A stretch of 58,362 nucleotides of DNA, filler included, from Sphacelaria rigidula (Eukaryota): assembly GCA_964200075.2 (NCBI GenBank). It is 10 parts of 10 records of this genome, joined end to end, with 100 filler letters (N's around TTAATTAATTAA, not from the genome) between each part and the next. Parts side by side here need not be neighbours in the genome. Positions count along the whole stretch, not along the records: positions 35,081 to 40,826 come from CAXNAA020024784.1; positions 40,927 to 46,672 come from CAXNAA020024785.1; positions 46,773 to 52,517 come from CAXNAA020024786.1; 7 more parts are not named here. One strand, 5' to 3'. The notes under the pieces were generated by a model. That model was not told where the DNA came from and made no database searches. It saw nothing but the letters and a program-made list of their open reading frames with translations. The number at the start of each line of letters is the position of its first letter. Position 1 is the first letter of the stretch. This document shows positions 36,195 through 46,853 of this stretch, piece after piece. The position numbers were made by a program, and so were the translations under genes.

Positions 36195-39100
36195 CTTACG
36201 TGATATCACGTCTTCACTACCATCCCGTTGACGACTGAAAATCTCCGCGCACGTCCGATTCCCCTCAAGTCACTGACACCCTCTGTATATGTTCCCATGT
36301 TGATTGACCCTCTTGTTCAGATGGGCGGTCGATATATGGACGAGTAACCCGTGACGAAATAGCACACTACATAGACATGATCATTTTGGTGGCAAGGACG
36401 CTGCCCATTACCCATGGCTTCGGCGAGAATCCTCCATACCGTAGGAAGTAAAGCAAACCCTTTAACATCTGATTGAGGTGTAGAAACGACCCCGGGCAAC
36501 GGTGTAATCAAAAACGTTTCAAGAACCACTGTTCGCGAGAGCGTGAAGAAGTTCAAGTAACAGAAGGGAACAAACGCCAGAGCCAAATGACAAAAAGAGA
36601 AGGGAACAAAAGAGTGGAGCAAGTTCCGAATACATATATCAATCGACTACCTGACATCACATGCCATAATACCATACCAGGTACCGCACGTATAACAAGT
36701 CAAGGTCGCATGTAAAAAGTGAGACTACGAAAGATTGATAGAGAGGCAAATGGTACCGGCACACGATGAATACGTCAACCTATGTGTCATGTAGTACCCC
36801 CATGCCAAGCCCCCCTGCCTTGATGTATCCCTCGAGCCCCTACATCTATCGTTCATATACACATATGTCGACGTTGACGCCATACCCTTGGGTCCGCGAT
36901 CACAAGCTGCGTCCCCTCGGATACTTTGTCAATATATCTAGGTCACAAGCTAAATCATACAGCATCAACTAATACGTCCACAGCGACAAAAAAGATTAGT
37001 ACAAAACCGTTACAATTAAGTCGCACATTGCTCTCGGAGAGGAAACGATAGCACAAACTGATACGGCGGGAAAAAGGGACACCACTAGTGGGCGATTATA
37101 TCCACTACAGCCGGAGAATGAATAATCCCATACATCATAACTGACCCGATGTGAACGAAGTAGATGGCGGCGTTGACGAACCTCATAGGCTGAATAATGG
37201 GAGAAGAGGCAAAGCCAAAACAAGTCGCTATCCCTCGAACACCCATGCACCGATGCCCCCCACCATCTTATGAGTCACATTGCAACTACAAGACAAGAAG
37301 CACTTGGTACAGGCACAGGTGCACGTATATCTCAAGAAATCCCCCGCGTCTCGAAGAACGTTCGTCATCGTGGGGATGCTCCAACGAACCTCCCCTATTC
37401 GAACATTGGTGAGCATACCATCATACATAAATACAGATTTATGCATTCGCCGTCATGAAATATGCATTCAAAGACAAAACGAAGTCTCATTCGACATGCT
37501 AAACGGCAACGTTGCCCAGTGTTGGACAAGCACTAAAACGATACAATGGAACCCTCGGATAACATTGAATATTTCGTACTTGTTTCTATTTCGCCTCGAG
37601 ATAAGCTCAAGAATCACTCAAACAGAGTGAGTGGTTCCCTACCTACTCGATACTTTTCCAGAGGCATGGTCAACAGGTGAAAGCATGCAATACTCTCTTA
37701 AAAACCACCAAGGGTTCCCAAGAAATGAAGGCAAATCTCAAGGGAAGCAGCACACCTGAACCTCGATCTATGAAGGAAAACGGAATCGGTCGAAGTCTTA
37801 ATCGTATGAGCAAACTGAAACAAATACAAACATGTTGGACGCTTGACCCTTGAGACACAAGCGCGCAGCAATTGTGCAATGGAAACATACCGTGAAGGTC
37901 TCCTGACGTTTTAGACCAGCTGAGCACAGGTACGAGCGAACTTGTATCCCAATCCAACAAACAGGCGGGCATAAACATTGGTCACCTACATATACACTTC
38001 GAATCTCCCCGCCTATGGTGGTGAAAATCAGTAAGGTTTTCTCTGCCATTGCCGCACGAATGTTCCCAAGCGAAAAGATTCTCCAAGAAGTTCGTCTAGC
38101 TGCGGAAGGAGCACTCCATCAAGCACGGTAAGGAGCGCATCAATACGTCGGAAACGCTCATTATACTATTTACTAGGGTATGGTGTAGTACGACTTGTAC
38201 AACGGAGTCAACATGGTTTTCATAACCCAGTCTCCGAGAATAGTCCAAGGTTGATACTGAACTAAGCGCCAGCGGAAGCACCTACACACATACAAAAACA
38301 TAGTTATCATGAGATCCCCCCGTAGCGGTTTGGGTTTACAAAACTATTCTCAAGCGATAGAAGTAACTGCGTTACAGATGTTTTTGGGAAAAATAGGCAA
38401 GAAGACAAGGGGGGCAGGGCTTTCGCGTTGTTGCTCTCTCAGAAACCAACGGATGCCGAGCAATCCCAGTGCCACTCAGTCACTAAACTACTGTACCACG
38501 GGGCGCAACAAAGAGAGGAACAAAAAACACTCACAGCAGGGCCACTGACCTCCAGTCGAAACAAGTAAACACCGCATGACTACAAACAATGAAGGATGTG
38601 AAATGGGAACGCGAAAAACGAAAGGTCGGCCGGTGGGATGATAAACACGATGTCACGAATGCAACAATATGACTCGGTAGCCCAAGCGTCGATATGCCCG
38701 GGAGAAACCGAAGCAGCGCTAGGTGTGATGGGCATACATCAAGAGCAAGAAATACTCGCGGCGAAACAATGTGATGAGATTACTAGCATAAAGGATACGA
38801 ATGATTGTCGCACATGAAGTGTTCCTCGAGGGGCCCAGCCTCGTCACACGACAGATGTACCCAGGGCGAACGAAACAATCGCTGAAGGAAAAGGAAAGTG
38901 GAAACAAGACTGCTGATGGCGGACACCAGTAGAAGAGTAGACTGAGACACCGAAGCTAAACCACGGAATGCCAAGTAGGAAGGCAAAGGAAAGGAAAGAA
39001 GGAGAACAAGAAAATAAGGAAAACACTAAAAAACATATCCCATCCTAGTTCATACGCCTACACCCCCTCATCAGCCCGCCTTCCTCTTCCTACAGGAAAT

Positions 39101-39468
39101 CTCTGAATCAACATCCTTTGAACGGAGCAAACCAAGGGTACGATAAAGGAGTGGGTGGTGGGAACAAAAAAAATCACAGTTTACAAAGAGTAAATTCCAG
39201 GGTGGTATAGAAAATGGATAGTGTTGGGCAAACCGTACATCGCGCTCCCTTGCCTTGCCTACCCGAATCATAGTTCCACCAGAAGAATAGCCACTGCCAT
39301 CAATCCGTAACGATACGCATGTCTCCCAATTGTTTGCTTTACCGTGGAATATCTTACGGCAACCAAGCATGTATTTGGTTGGACGCAATGCAACGCGACG
39401 AGCAAAGCATATACATCCAAAACGAGTGCAGCTTCCTCACAGCTCCCTGTAAACAAATGCATGGCATG

Positions 39469-40563
39469 TCAACATGCGGTCCATGCTGGTGGTGCAGTGT
39501 TTTCCATGAACCTGTCCGGCACGAAATTTTCCCCTCTTTCCGCATCGTCGTCGTGAGCAGTCCAGGAGCGGACTTCTGCTTCGTCGAGAAAAGACGTAAC
39601 ACCTCGTTCATTCGCGGGCTCCTTGGGACATTGTTTTTCCTCATACCTCCAAGCACCAGTGATAACGACAGCTTCGACGAGGACAACAGCGACCATGAAT
39701 ACATTTACCACCACCAGGATAAGCTCAAACAGCTTCTGGCTAGTGGTATCTTCGCTGGACACGTCTACCTTCAACAACAGGCCCAAATACATGCTTAAAA
39801 ATATGATCGCATGCCCCGTGCGATTCACCCAGGTATCCCACTTGGACGCATATGGTGCCATCGATTCGGAGATAAAAATGAAAAACACGGTCAATACGAG
39901 TGTGACTGCTACCTGTGCCGAAGTGTTCGGATATATGAATACCACTACTCCTGTAAGCGCGATCCGGCGACCGCATTCGATCACCTCGTAGTAGTAGCGC
40001 TGCGGCTGATACGGCGACCACAAATTCGTAATCGGTCTCACGCGTATATCGGATTCACGACCGACCTCATTCGTCAACACATCACGATGTCGAACAAGTA
40101 GGGCGACGTAAAAGGCGGGGATACCTGCCGTGTACAGGGCGATCATGAACCCTGCGTATATCTGAAGCGACACATGCTTCGGAGAATCGCAATCGATTCG
40201 GTAGTCTGCGCGAAGGTAGTTTTTACCGTCGTCCAGCCTCTCACAAGAAAACATCTGAAACAAGATGGAAGAAACTGACGAGTACACCAAAAATGTCAGG
40301 AAAATCACCATAGAGAGGTGCTTTCGACGAAATCCCCCAAGAGCGGCGTCCGACCAGTCGTTTAACTTTCGGCTCCCGAAGCGGTACGTAGATCCGAGGA
40401 TAGCCACGCCGACGATAGGGGCTATCGTAGACATGATGAGGCGTTCATGAAAGTCCACGTCGAAGATACACCCGGTTGAGAGTATCCAACCCAGATCGAA
40501 GTTCATCACGTCCAAACCGTCCAGGAACTCTTGGTATATGCCCGGATATGTGACGTTGGCCAC
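39469..40563 (-). CDS. Terminal exon of a multi-pass membrane protein (C-terminal ~7-TM domain of the stramenopile 'polymorphic outer membrane protein/adhesin-like' type)
   Basis: 364-codon open exon after ttctctcag|, with several hydrophobic helices and motifs FLVYSSVSSILFQMFSCERLDDGKNYLRADYRIDC, YAGFMIALYTAGIP and YYYEVIECGRRIALTG. The family call is from recollection of Ectocarpus proteins. Confidence 0.85.
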   Translation of the reverse strand: MANVTYPGIYQEFLDGLDVMNFDLGWILSTGCIFDVDFHERLIMSTIAPIVGVAILGSTYRFGSRKLNDWSDAALGGFRRKHLSMVIFLTFLVYSSVSSILFQMFSCERLDDGKNYLRADYRIDCDSPKHVSLQIYAGFMIALYTAGIPAFYVALLVRHRDVLTNEVGRESDIRVRPITNLWSPYQPQRYYYEVIECGRRIALTGVVVFIYPNTSAQVAVTLVLTVFFIFISESMAPYASKWDTWVNRTGHAIIFLSMYLGLLLKVDVSSEDTTSQKLFELILVVVNVFMVAVVLVEAVVITGAWRYEEKQCPKEPANERGVTSFLDEAEVRSWTAHDDDAERGENFVPDRFMENTAPPAWTAC

Positions 40564-40826
40564 CTGAGAGAACTACCGGGCGAACATATGAGGGACACAA
40601 GGGCAAATAATGTTATGTCTAGACCATACGAGGTGGTGCGACCAAGAAGGCTAGGGATATAATGCACACGTTTCCTCCCACATAGGTGAACCTTCCAGCG
40701 CCCGCAAATGGATACCTGAGTCTGACGAGTCATATTTCGAGTAAACATGATGCCAATACATTCATAACAGGGTTGCCAGAAAAATGAGAAGGTATTTTGA
40801 AATGAGAATCAACCGCTCCCCGGGAT

Positions 40827-40926
40827 NNNNNNNNNNNNNNNNNNNNNNNNNNNNNNNNNNNNNNNNNNNNTTAATTAATTAANNNNNNNNNNNNNNNNNN
40901 NNNNNNNNNNNNNNNNNNNNNNNNNN
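40827..40926. other. Artificial contig linker
   Basis: N44-TTAATTAATTAA-N44. Confidence 0.98.
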
Positions 40927-41130
40927 GGATAGCCGAATAGTCGAACAGTTGGTGCGGGTATGTACCGATCCTCTTTTCAAACTCGCTTTATATAAGTTAC
41001 GCTTGTATGTAGACCTCACGAACGCGGTTCAGCGTACAAGGGACAAGTGCACTTCAACATGGATGAAATACAAGAAGACACTTTCAACGTGCGCCACACG
41101 GAACACGCTGAAACACACGCGCGCGCGCGC

Positions 41131-41496
41131 GTGTGTGTGTGTGTGTTTGGACGGGGGTGGAGGGGTGTATCGTCACCGCATCTATTCTGGACGCCAGTCT
41201 ACACCTTTCAGGATATATGGGCGCATCAGCCGCGGTTACACAGGAGGAAGATTACACACGGGATTATCTGCTTTTGTTTATTGCGGTGCTCCATCCTCCT
41301 TCTGCGGTGCTTGCCTTGCTTAACATCGCGAGAAGGGTTCGACGGTCCTTTTCTCTCATCGACCGTGAAGTCGAAATTTGTGTACTCACGTCGCAGTCGC
41401 TCTCCACTGCTAGGCACTATGTGAAACAAAATCCCAGATGGTGTGACTTCACGGGAATTCGAACCCACGTGCCAACCGTCACAACATTTCGAGGTT
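41131..41496 (-). mobile_element. SINE S1 copy lacking its first ~25 nt
   Basis: S1 body, B box (GGGTTCGAATTCC on minus) and (CA)n tail are present. The A-box region is replaced by telomeric repeats. Confidence 0.85.
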
Positions 41497-41524
41497 AGGG
41501 TTAGGGTTAGGGTTAGGGTTAGGG
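41495..41524 (+). repeat. Interstitial (TTAGGG)5
   Basis: Five perfect TTAGGG units read directly. Confidence 0.95.
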
Positions 41525-41694
41525 TACAACATACAAGATTCAAACACGAAACACTTTCATCGCACAGATCGACATCAATCGCACAACCAAACGCATCCTC
41601 AATATATCAAACACACACCCAAGCCAGCACATATCGCACCAACACGTTGACAATGTTTTGCACCGTACCTCCAGCAAACATGCTTTTAACTCAC

Positions 41695-44586
41695 CGGTAG
41701 CCGCGTGACTCACGGCCTTCCAGCCGGCTGGAAGACCCGAGTTGCTTGCCTCCGCGCTGCCTCCACCCTCGTCACCACCCAAACCCGCCGGCCTTACCCA
41801 GGTCGTCTCGCCCTTTCCCTGGCACCAAACACAAAGGAAACGAATATGACAAAAAAACAGACGAGGACAGAAGCCATACACCAGGCGGACGAATGAAGTC
41901 GAATGAGCACAAAAAAACGGATGCTTGGCACAAAAAACAGGTATACGACACACATGTCTCACATATAACACGAGCAACGGGCATGTGACCGTGGATGGAG
42001 TGAGGTAGAACCGCGTCAAGCGTGGTATCGCGTGGTAACTGGTGCGTAGTACGAGCCTGCTGCGGGAAACGTTCATATCACCATCACCTGGTTCCAAAAG
42101 TATATTCCCCCGGTCTTGGGATCTTTGATCTCGGTCCAACCAGCTGGCAGTGGAGCGGGCGTTTCGCTCTCATTGTCAGCACCATTACCACGTCCTGCCC
42201 CAGAAGCTGCCGCGTCAGTGAAAGCTTTTCCTGTGGAACACTGGTTTTTGGAACTGGAGGACTGTTCGTTCGGCGGATCTTCACTCGAGGCGACTGGTCG
42301 AGTCCAAGAGGTGGTGTTGGAGCTCTGGAGTCAATGGCCAATTTAGCGCGCGGATAGAAAACGCGAAGGGCGTGCACTCGGGATTTCAATCTTGTGCTTC
42401 AAGTTGATCCGCACGACTCTCCTTCCGTCTGTTCCTGGTTTCAATGATGCGCTGGGCCCCTCTCCTTCCGTCTGTTCTGACAGCTTTGAATAGAAAATAC
42501 TCCAGAACACCATCCTCACCTCACATGGCCGCGTTCATTAATCAAAGGCTGTAACGTCAATTCACCTCCAATTTGCACCGTTCACATGCTTTCTTAGCAA
42601 GCAAGCACATGTGGCGGGAGCGTCGAACCCACACGATCGGAGACGCGAGCGACCGTGCGAGCGAAACACAAAACTTGCCTTGTTCCAGTAGTATGTGGCC
42701 CCGGTCTTTGCATCTTTCACCTCTCGCCAACCGTCCTTGAGGGGACCCGGCTCTTTCTCTTTGGATTTCTTTTGCTCCAGGCCTTCTCTGTGGCTATTTT
42801 GCTGCTGCAGCAATCGATCCTTGTATGTTTCGTGGGCCCTTCGCTGTAAGAAATTAGTCGACGCCAGGTCGTGGGAGCGAAGGAAAAAGGAGGCGTTTAC
42901 GATTTCATCTCAGCGTAGAGTTCTATTCCAGTACCCGATGTAATATTCGTCCACAAGCACAGCACGAAAATAACCTTGTGTTGTACACGTTTTCGGTCAT
43001 TTCCGTCTACAACACGTACCCATCGGGCGCCCGTATATGACATTAATGCATGACCGTATGTGAAGTGAACCAACCATGATGTTGTTAGGCCAGATGAGCA
43101 CCCGGACGCGTTGTAGAGGGTACAGCTACATCATATGGGCATGCGCCTTTCCTTCAGGGTTGCATTCTTGGAAATCCAATCGGCCGTACGGCATTTGTCT
43201 GTGGTTTCATGCCCCTGTGCTGTAGCCCACATCTTGACAGTCCACAACCCCCCGCACGTAGCGATGATTGAAGCAGAATATCTTGCAGAAAGTACCGACA
43301 CACTGAAGAAGCATATATCAGATTCCTCACAGCCGTTTCGACGCGCTTTCACAGTCTGCTATTGGCACTTGTCTGAGGCGTCGCCCGGAAGGAAACGAAA
43401 GGTGTCACTGCGTTTCTGCTCTTACTACGATGTACACACGCCTTCCTGAACCAAAAAGGCTCCCGCGGGACTTCAACAGGCGTGCCTGCGTTGTGCAGCA
43501 ACCCAGGCAACGCCCAGACATCATATCTTTTGTGGGGGTGGCGGGTAATAACTTAGCACAGCTGCGATGTGGTCGAGAAAAAAAGGTAATACACCCCTTC
43601 TCCAACCACCGTTGTTGCTGTATCTTCTTTCAAGGCTTGGCGTCGATCGATAGCGCTGTGAAATGCGCCACTCACTGTTTAAGATCGGCAACCAGGTCAC
43701 CATTTTCTGTGGTTGCGTTTTTGTGCGGAAACCATGATCGTAGTCGAGATAGATCATGTTGTGCGGGGTAGAAGACCTCATCTACGCGCAAAGGGGGTCA
43801 ACCAGAGTACCGTTTTCTTCGCTTGCATTATTTTGCGGTAACCATGAGGGTGGTCGAGATACATCATGTTGTGCGGGGTGGGAGAACCTCAACTCCGCGC
43901 AAAAGGGATGATCTCACTACGTAGTGTTCCAATGGTGGGACACCCATGAGGCCCCATAACCCACGGCCGACGCTGGAAGTGGTGATACCAGAAAATGAAG
44001 GAACTCATTTCAGGATGTCCTTCGTATGCAAAATAAGTAGTAGTCTTCGGGCCTAACAACCTCAGCAGGATGGAGATCACCCCTCATGCGACTCGCAAAA
44101 AGCATCATGGAGCTTCGCGCTTGATGCTTGCGAGCCTGGTCTGGCGGAAACCCGGCGTGCTCCGTCCTGGCTTTGTAGGGGTGCGAGGTCAACGGTCTTA
44201 TGGCTACGACATGCATTATCATGAGTACCCCCCCCCCGTTTAACCGATTTCAGACATTTTCGGACCACAGCTCCAGAGTTAACCTGCTACAAGCCCTTTT
44301 GGCGCACCTCAATATGAACACACCACTCGCCCCCACACTACTGTCAGCCTTCGGGCGAAAAACGTACCACTACAGAGATGGCATATCGCCTCAGAGTAAC
44401 ATATGTATGACCGAACACCAACAAAAGTTTGTGAAGCTGTTCCAAGGGCGACAACACGGGGCGCAATCAACAAAGAGTAGTCACGTTCATCTCACCATGG
44501 TGACCACCTCGAGCGTGTTGTCTCGCTCCTTCTCCTCTCTAGCTTTCCGCACCTCCCCTGGCTTGTAGTGCTGCTCGCCGCCTGTG
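41695..44586 (-). CDS. Internal exons of a protein with tandem WW domains
   Basis: Exon 42843-42679 (RRAHETY...LKDGWREVKDAKTGATYYWNK|gcaagt) and exon 41818-41695 (cag|GKGETTWVRP...LPAGWKAVSHAATG|gtgag) splice to give one complete WW domain and the start of a second. A probable upstream exon 44586-44496 (TGGEQHYKPGEVRKAREEKERDNTLEVVTM|gtgag) is phase-compatible. Confidence 0.85.
43640..44238 (-). mobile_element. Repeat family R3 copy with internal ~110-bp duplication, intronic
   Basis: Ends ...catgagtacccccccccc. The block gcgg.aaccatga...gtcgagata.atcatgttgtgcggggt occurs at ~43725 and ~43835. Confidence 0.8.
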
Positions 44587-45234
44587 CTGTTCAATAGTGC
44601 TAGAGCTGTCAAACACGGAGATGGGAATGGAACGACGAAACAAGGGCGAGTGCGGGCGTCAAAGATTCAAGAAATCACAGGTCAACGCCACCAAACGATC
44701 GTTACAATAAATCCCATTACATATTACCAACTGATCGGCATGAGTCTATGTATACCAACGCATAACTCCATACCTTGATTTTGATTGTCCCATCATCTTG
44801 CAGCGAACATCGATCCGCAGACTCTTCCCGATCAAATGATCTCATTCAAGCCTTCAGCATGCATAAACGCCACAGACACTAGGATATCGCCACAACTCCA
44901 CTACTCTAATCTAGTCAATAGGCGGGCAGTGGCACAGTGTTGCGCCGGTCAATTCTTTTTCAATTTACACCTTTTGATGCCTCCGTATTATCGCGCATGA
45001 CGAATATCGCGGGTTTCTGGGCTGGATGTTACGCTTGATCCCTATTTTCCCAGGGCAAAGTACAAAACGCAACATGGTCGATTGTGAGAGCGACGGCAAC
45101 CACCAAGGTGGGTAGAGAAGGGTAGGGTGGGGTACAACGTTGGGTATTTTGGCGAGTCGATACTCGTGGTACTCTAGGATACTGAGTTTTTTCGACAGCC
45201 CGTAGTCTGGAAACCCTATAACAATGCTTCTACT

Positions 45235-45548
45235 GCCGCGACCCGGTGGTGTGGTGGCCCGACTGTCGCCATTGGGGTGGAGAGAATAGGGGTTCGATTC
45301 CCAACGCGTTGGGTTTTTTCTTCGTGATGTATGATTTCCACAGTGGAAAGCGTGAGAACGTGAGTAAATAAAGTAGTCGATGGGGTTTGTGTGACGGAGT
45401 TGACGCGGTGCGGGAGTGCTGATAGTCATGACCCAATCCGCGAAACCAAAATGAAAGGCGCGTACCGGGGGAGAGATGGGTTGATCCCTAGAGACCACGG
45501 AATCATCTCGAGGAAGAGGAGGGGTTCAAAGTGTGAGGGGAAAAAAAA
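45235..45548 (+). mobile_element. tRNA-derived SINE family S2
   Basis: GCCGCGACCCGG-TGGTGTGGTGG (A box)...GGTTCGATTCC (B box), a ~230-bp body and an A-tail. Two more copies occur in the window. Confidence 0.88.
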
Positions 45549-45549
45549 T

Positions 45550-46190
45550 ACAGTATTCTGAGCAGTCGATACCCTCGGTACCCAGAGTGTGCCGTACATG
45601 TACTGACCACTTTGGGTGCCCACCAGGAATAGAGGACGAATACCCGAGGTACCGTGGGATGACCTGTATATCCTGTACTTTCGGCAATGCGTACCCTGGA
45701 TACTTGGTAATGATAATTTTGTCGGCTGCCAACACCCTGCAAACCCTAGAACACACAGTAGTTTGGGCACCATGTGTACTCGTAATACTCACTCAACGCA
45801 CTGAGCATTCCGGGTAACATACCGGGTATTTCAGTTGCTAGGTAGGTATCCGGAGGTACCCGGCGGCATTGAGTAATTTCGGGGGTTGAAATCCTGCATA
45901 CCCCAGAGGAATCAATATTTTCGAGGGTCGCTACCCTGCCCACCCTGGAGTACTGTACTGTACTAAGATCAGTTTTATGGGGAGAAGTACAGGCTGTGTC
46001 ATACCGGACCGTAGTACTTGGTAGTACAGTACACTGCACTGCACCGCACCACAGGAGACCGTAGTACCGTGCGGTGATAAAGCACAGCACTTTGGGTACA
46101 GTGCGAGTACAGTACAGTCTACCTCGACGCGTGAGGTACTGTAGTACAGTACGCACGGTGATACTGCACCCTGGGTATATCACAGTTCAG
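45550..46190. repeat. GTAC/TACC-rich degenerate repeat region
   Basis: Dense (G)GTACC, TACTGTAC and CAGTACAG motifs with no protein similarity recognised. Confidence 0.5.
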
Positions 46191-46672
46191 CACATATCAA
46201 ATCTCCATTGCCGCCACCAGAGAGCATTCCGTACTTGCTTCATTCACTGTCTTCCGAACTCACGAGTTACGAACCACCTTTGCAACCAAGCTGCTGCACG
46301 TGCGGGCACCATCTGTGTCACGAGACCATCGAGTGCTGCGGTTTCGACAAAGTCAAACGCCTCGTGCTCTTTCATCGTACATCATACTGTGTGCATGCCG
46401 TTCCGCCAGATCGGGACCATATATTTCCTGCGATCTGCACGAAACTCGAGGATTCCCCATCCGCACTGTCCCATCCACACCAGTTTGGGACGCATGATGG
46501 GTAAAATTTTAATCTGACCAGTCCCAATCTGCGTACAGATTTCTGACACCACGATAACTGGTTCAAGTTCGTGATTGTGAAAGAGGAGGGGGGGGTGGGG
46601 GGGGGGGGGGGGGGCGGGGGGGGGGGGGGGGGAGAGACAGGGAAAGAGGAGAAAAGAGAAAAGAACAAAAAA

Positions 46673-46772
46673 NNNNNNNNNNNNNNNNNNNNNNNNNNNN
46701 NNNNNNNNNNNNNNNNTTAATTAATTAANNNNNNNNNNNNNNNNNNNNNNNNNNNNNNNNNNNNNNNNNNNN
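46673..46772. other. Artificial contig linker
   Basis: N44-TTAATTAATTAA-N44. Confidence 0.98.
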
Positions 46773-46853
46773 CATGAGTCCCCCCCCCCCCCCCCCTCCC
46801 GGACAAACGCGTGCTGCATGTTACGGTCGGTATCAACACGGCATGACGCGCAG

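Noticed and set aside
35081..39460. Numerous 60-160-aa ORFs here and elsewhere in the track
   Set aside because: They have no recognisable motifs, many overlap SINEs or MITEs, and they are consistent with chance ORFs in non-coding DNA.
41495..41524. True chromosome end
   Set aside because: It has only five units, with unique intronic sequence on both sides.
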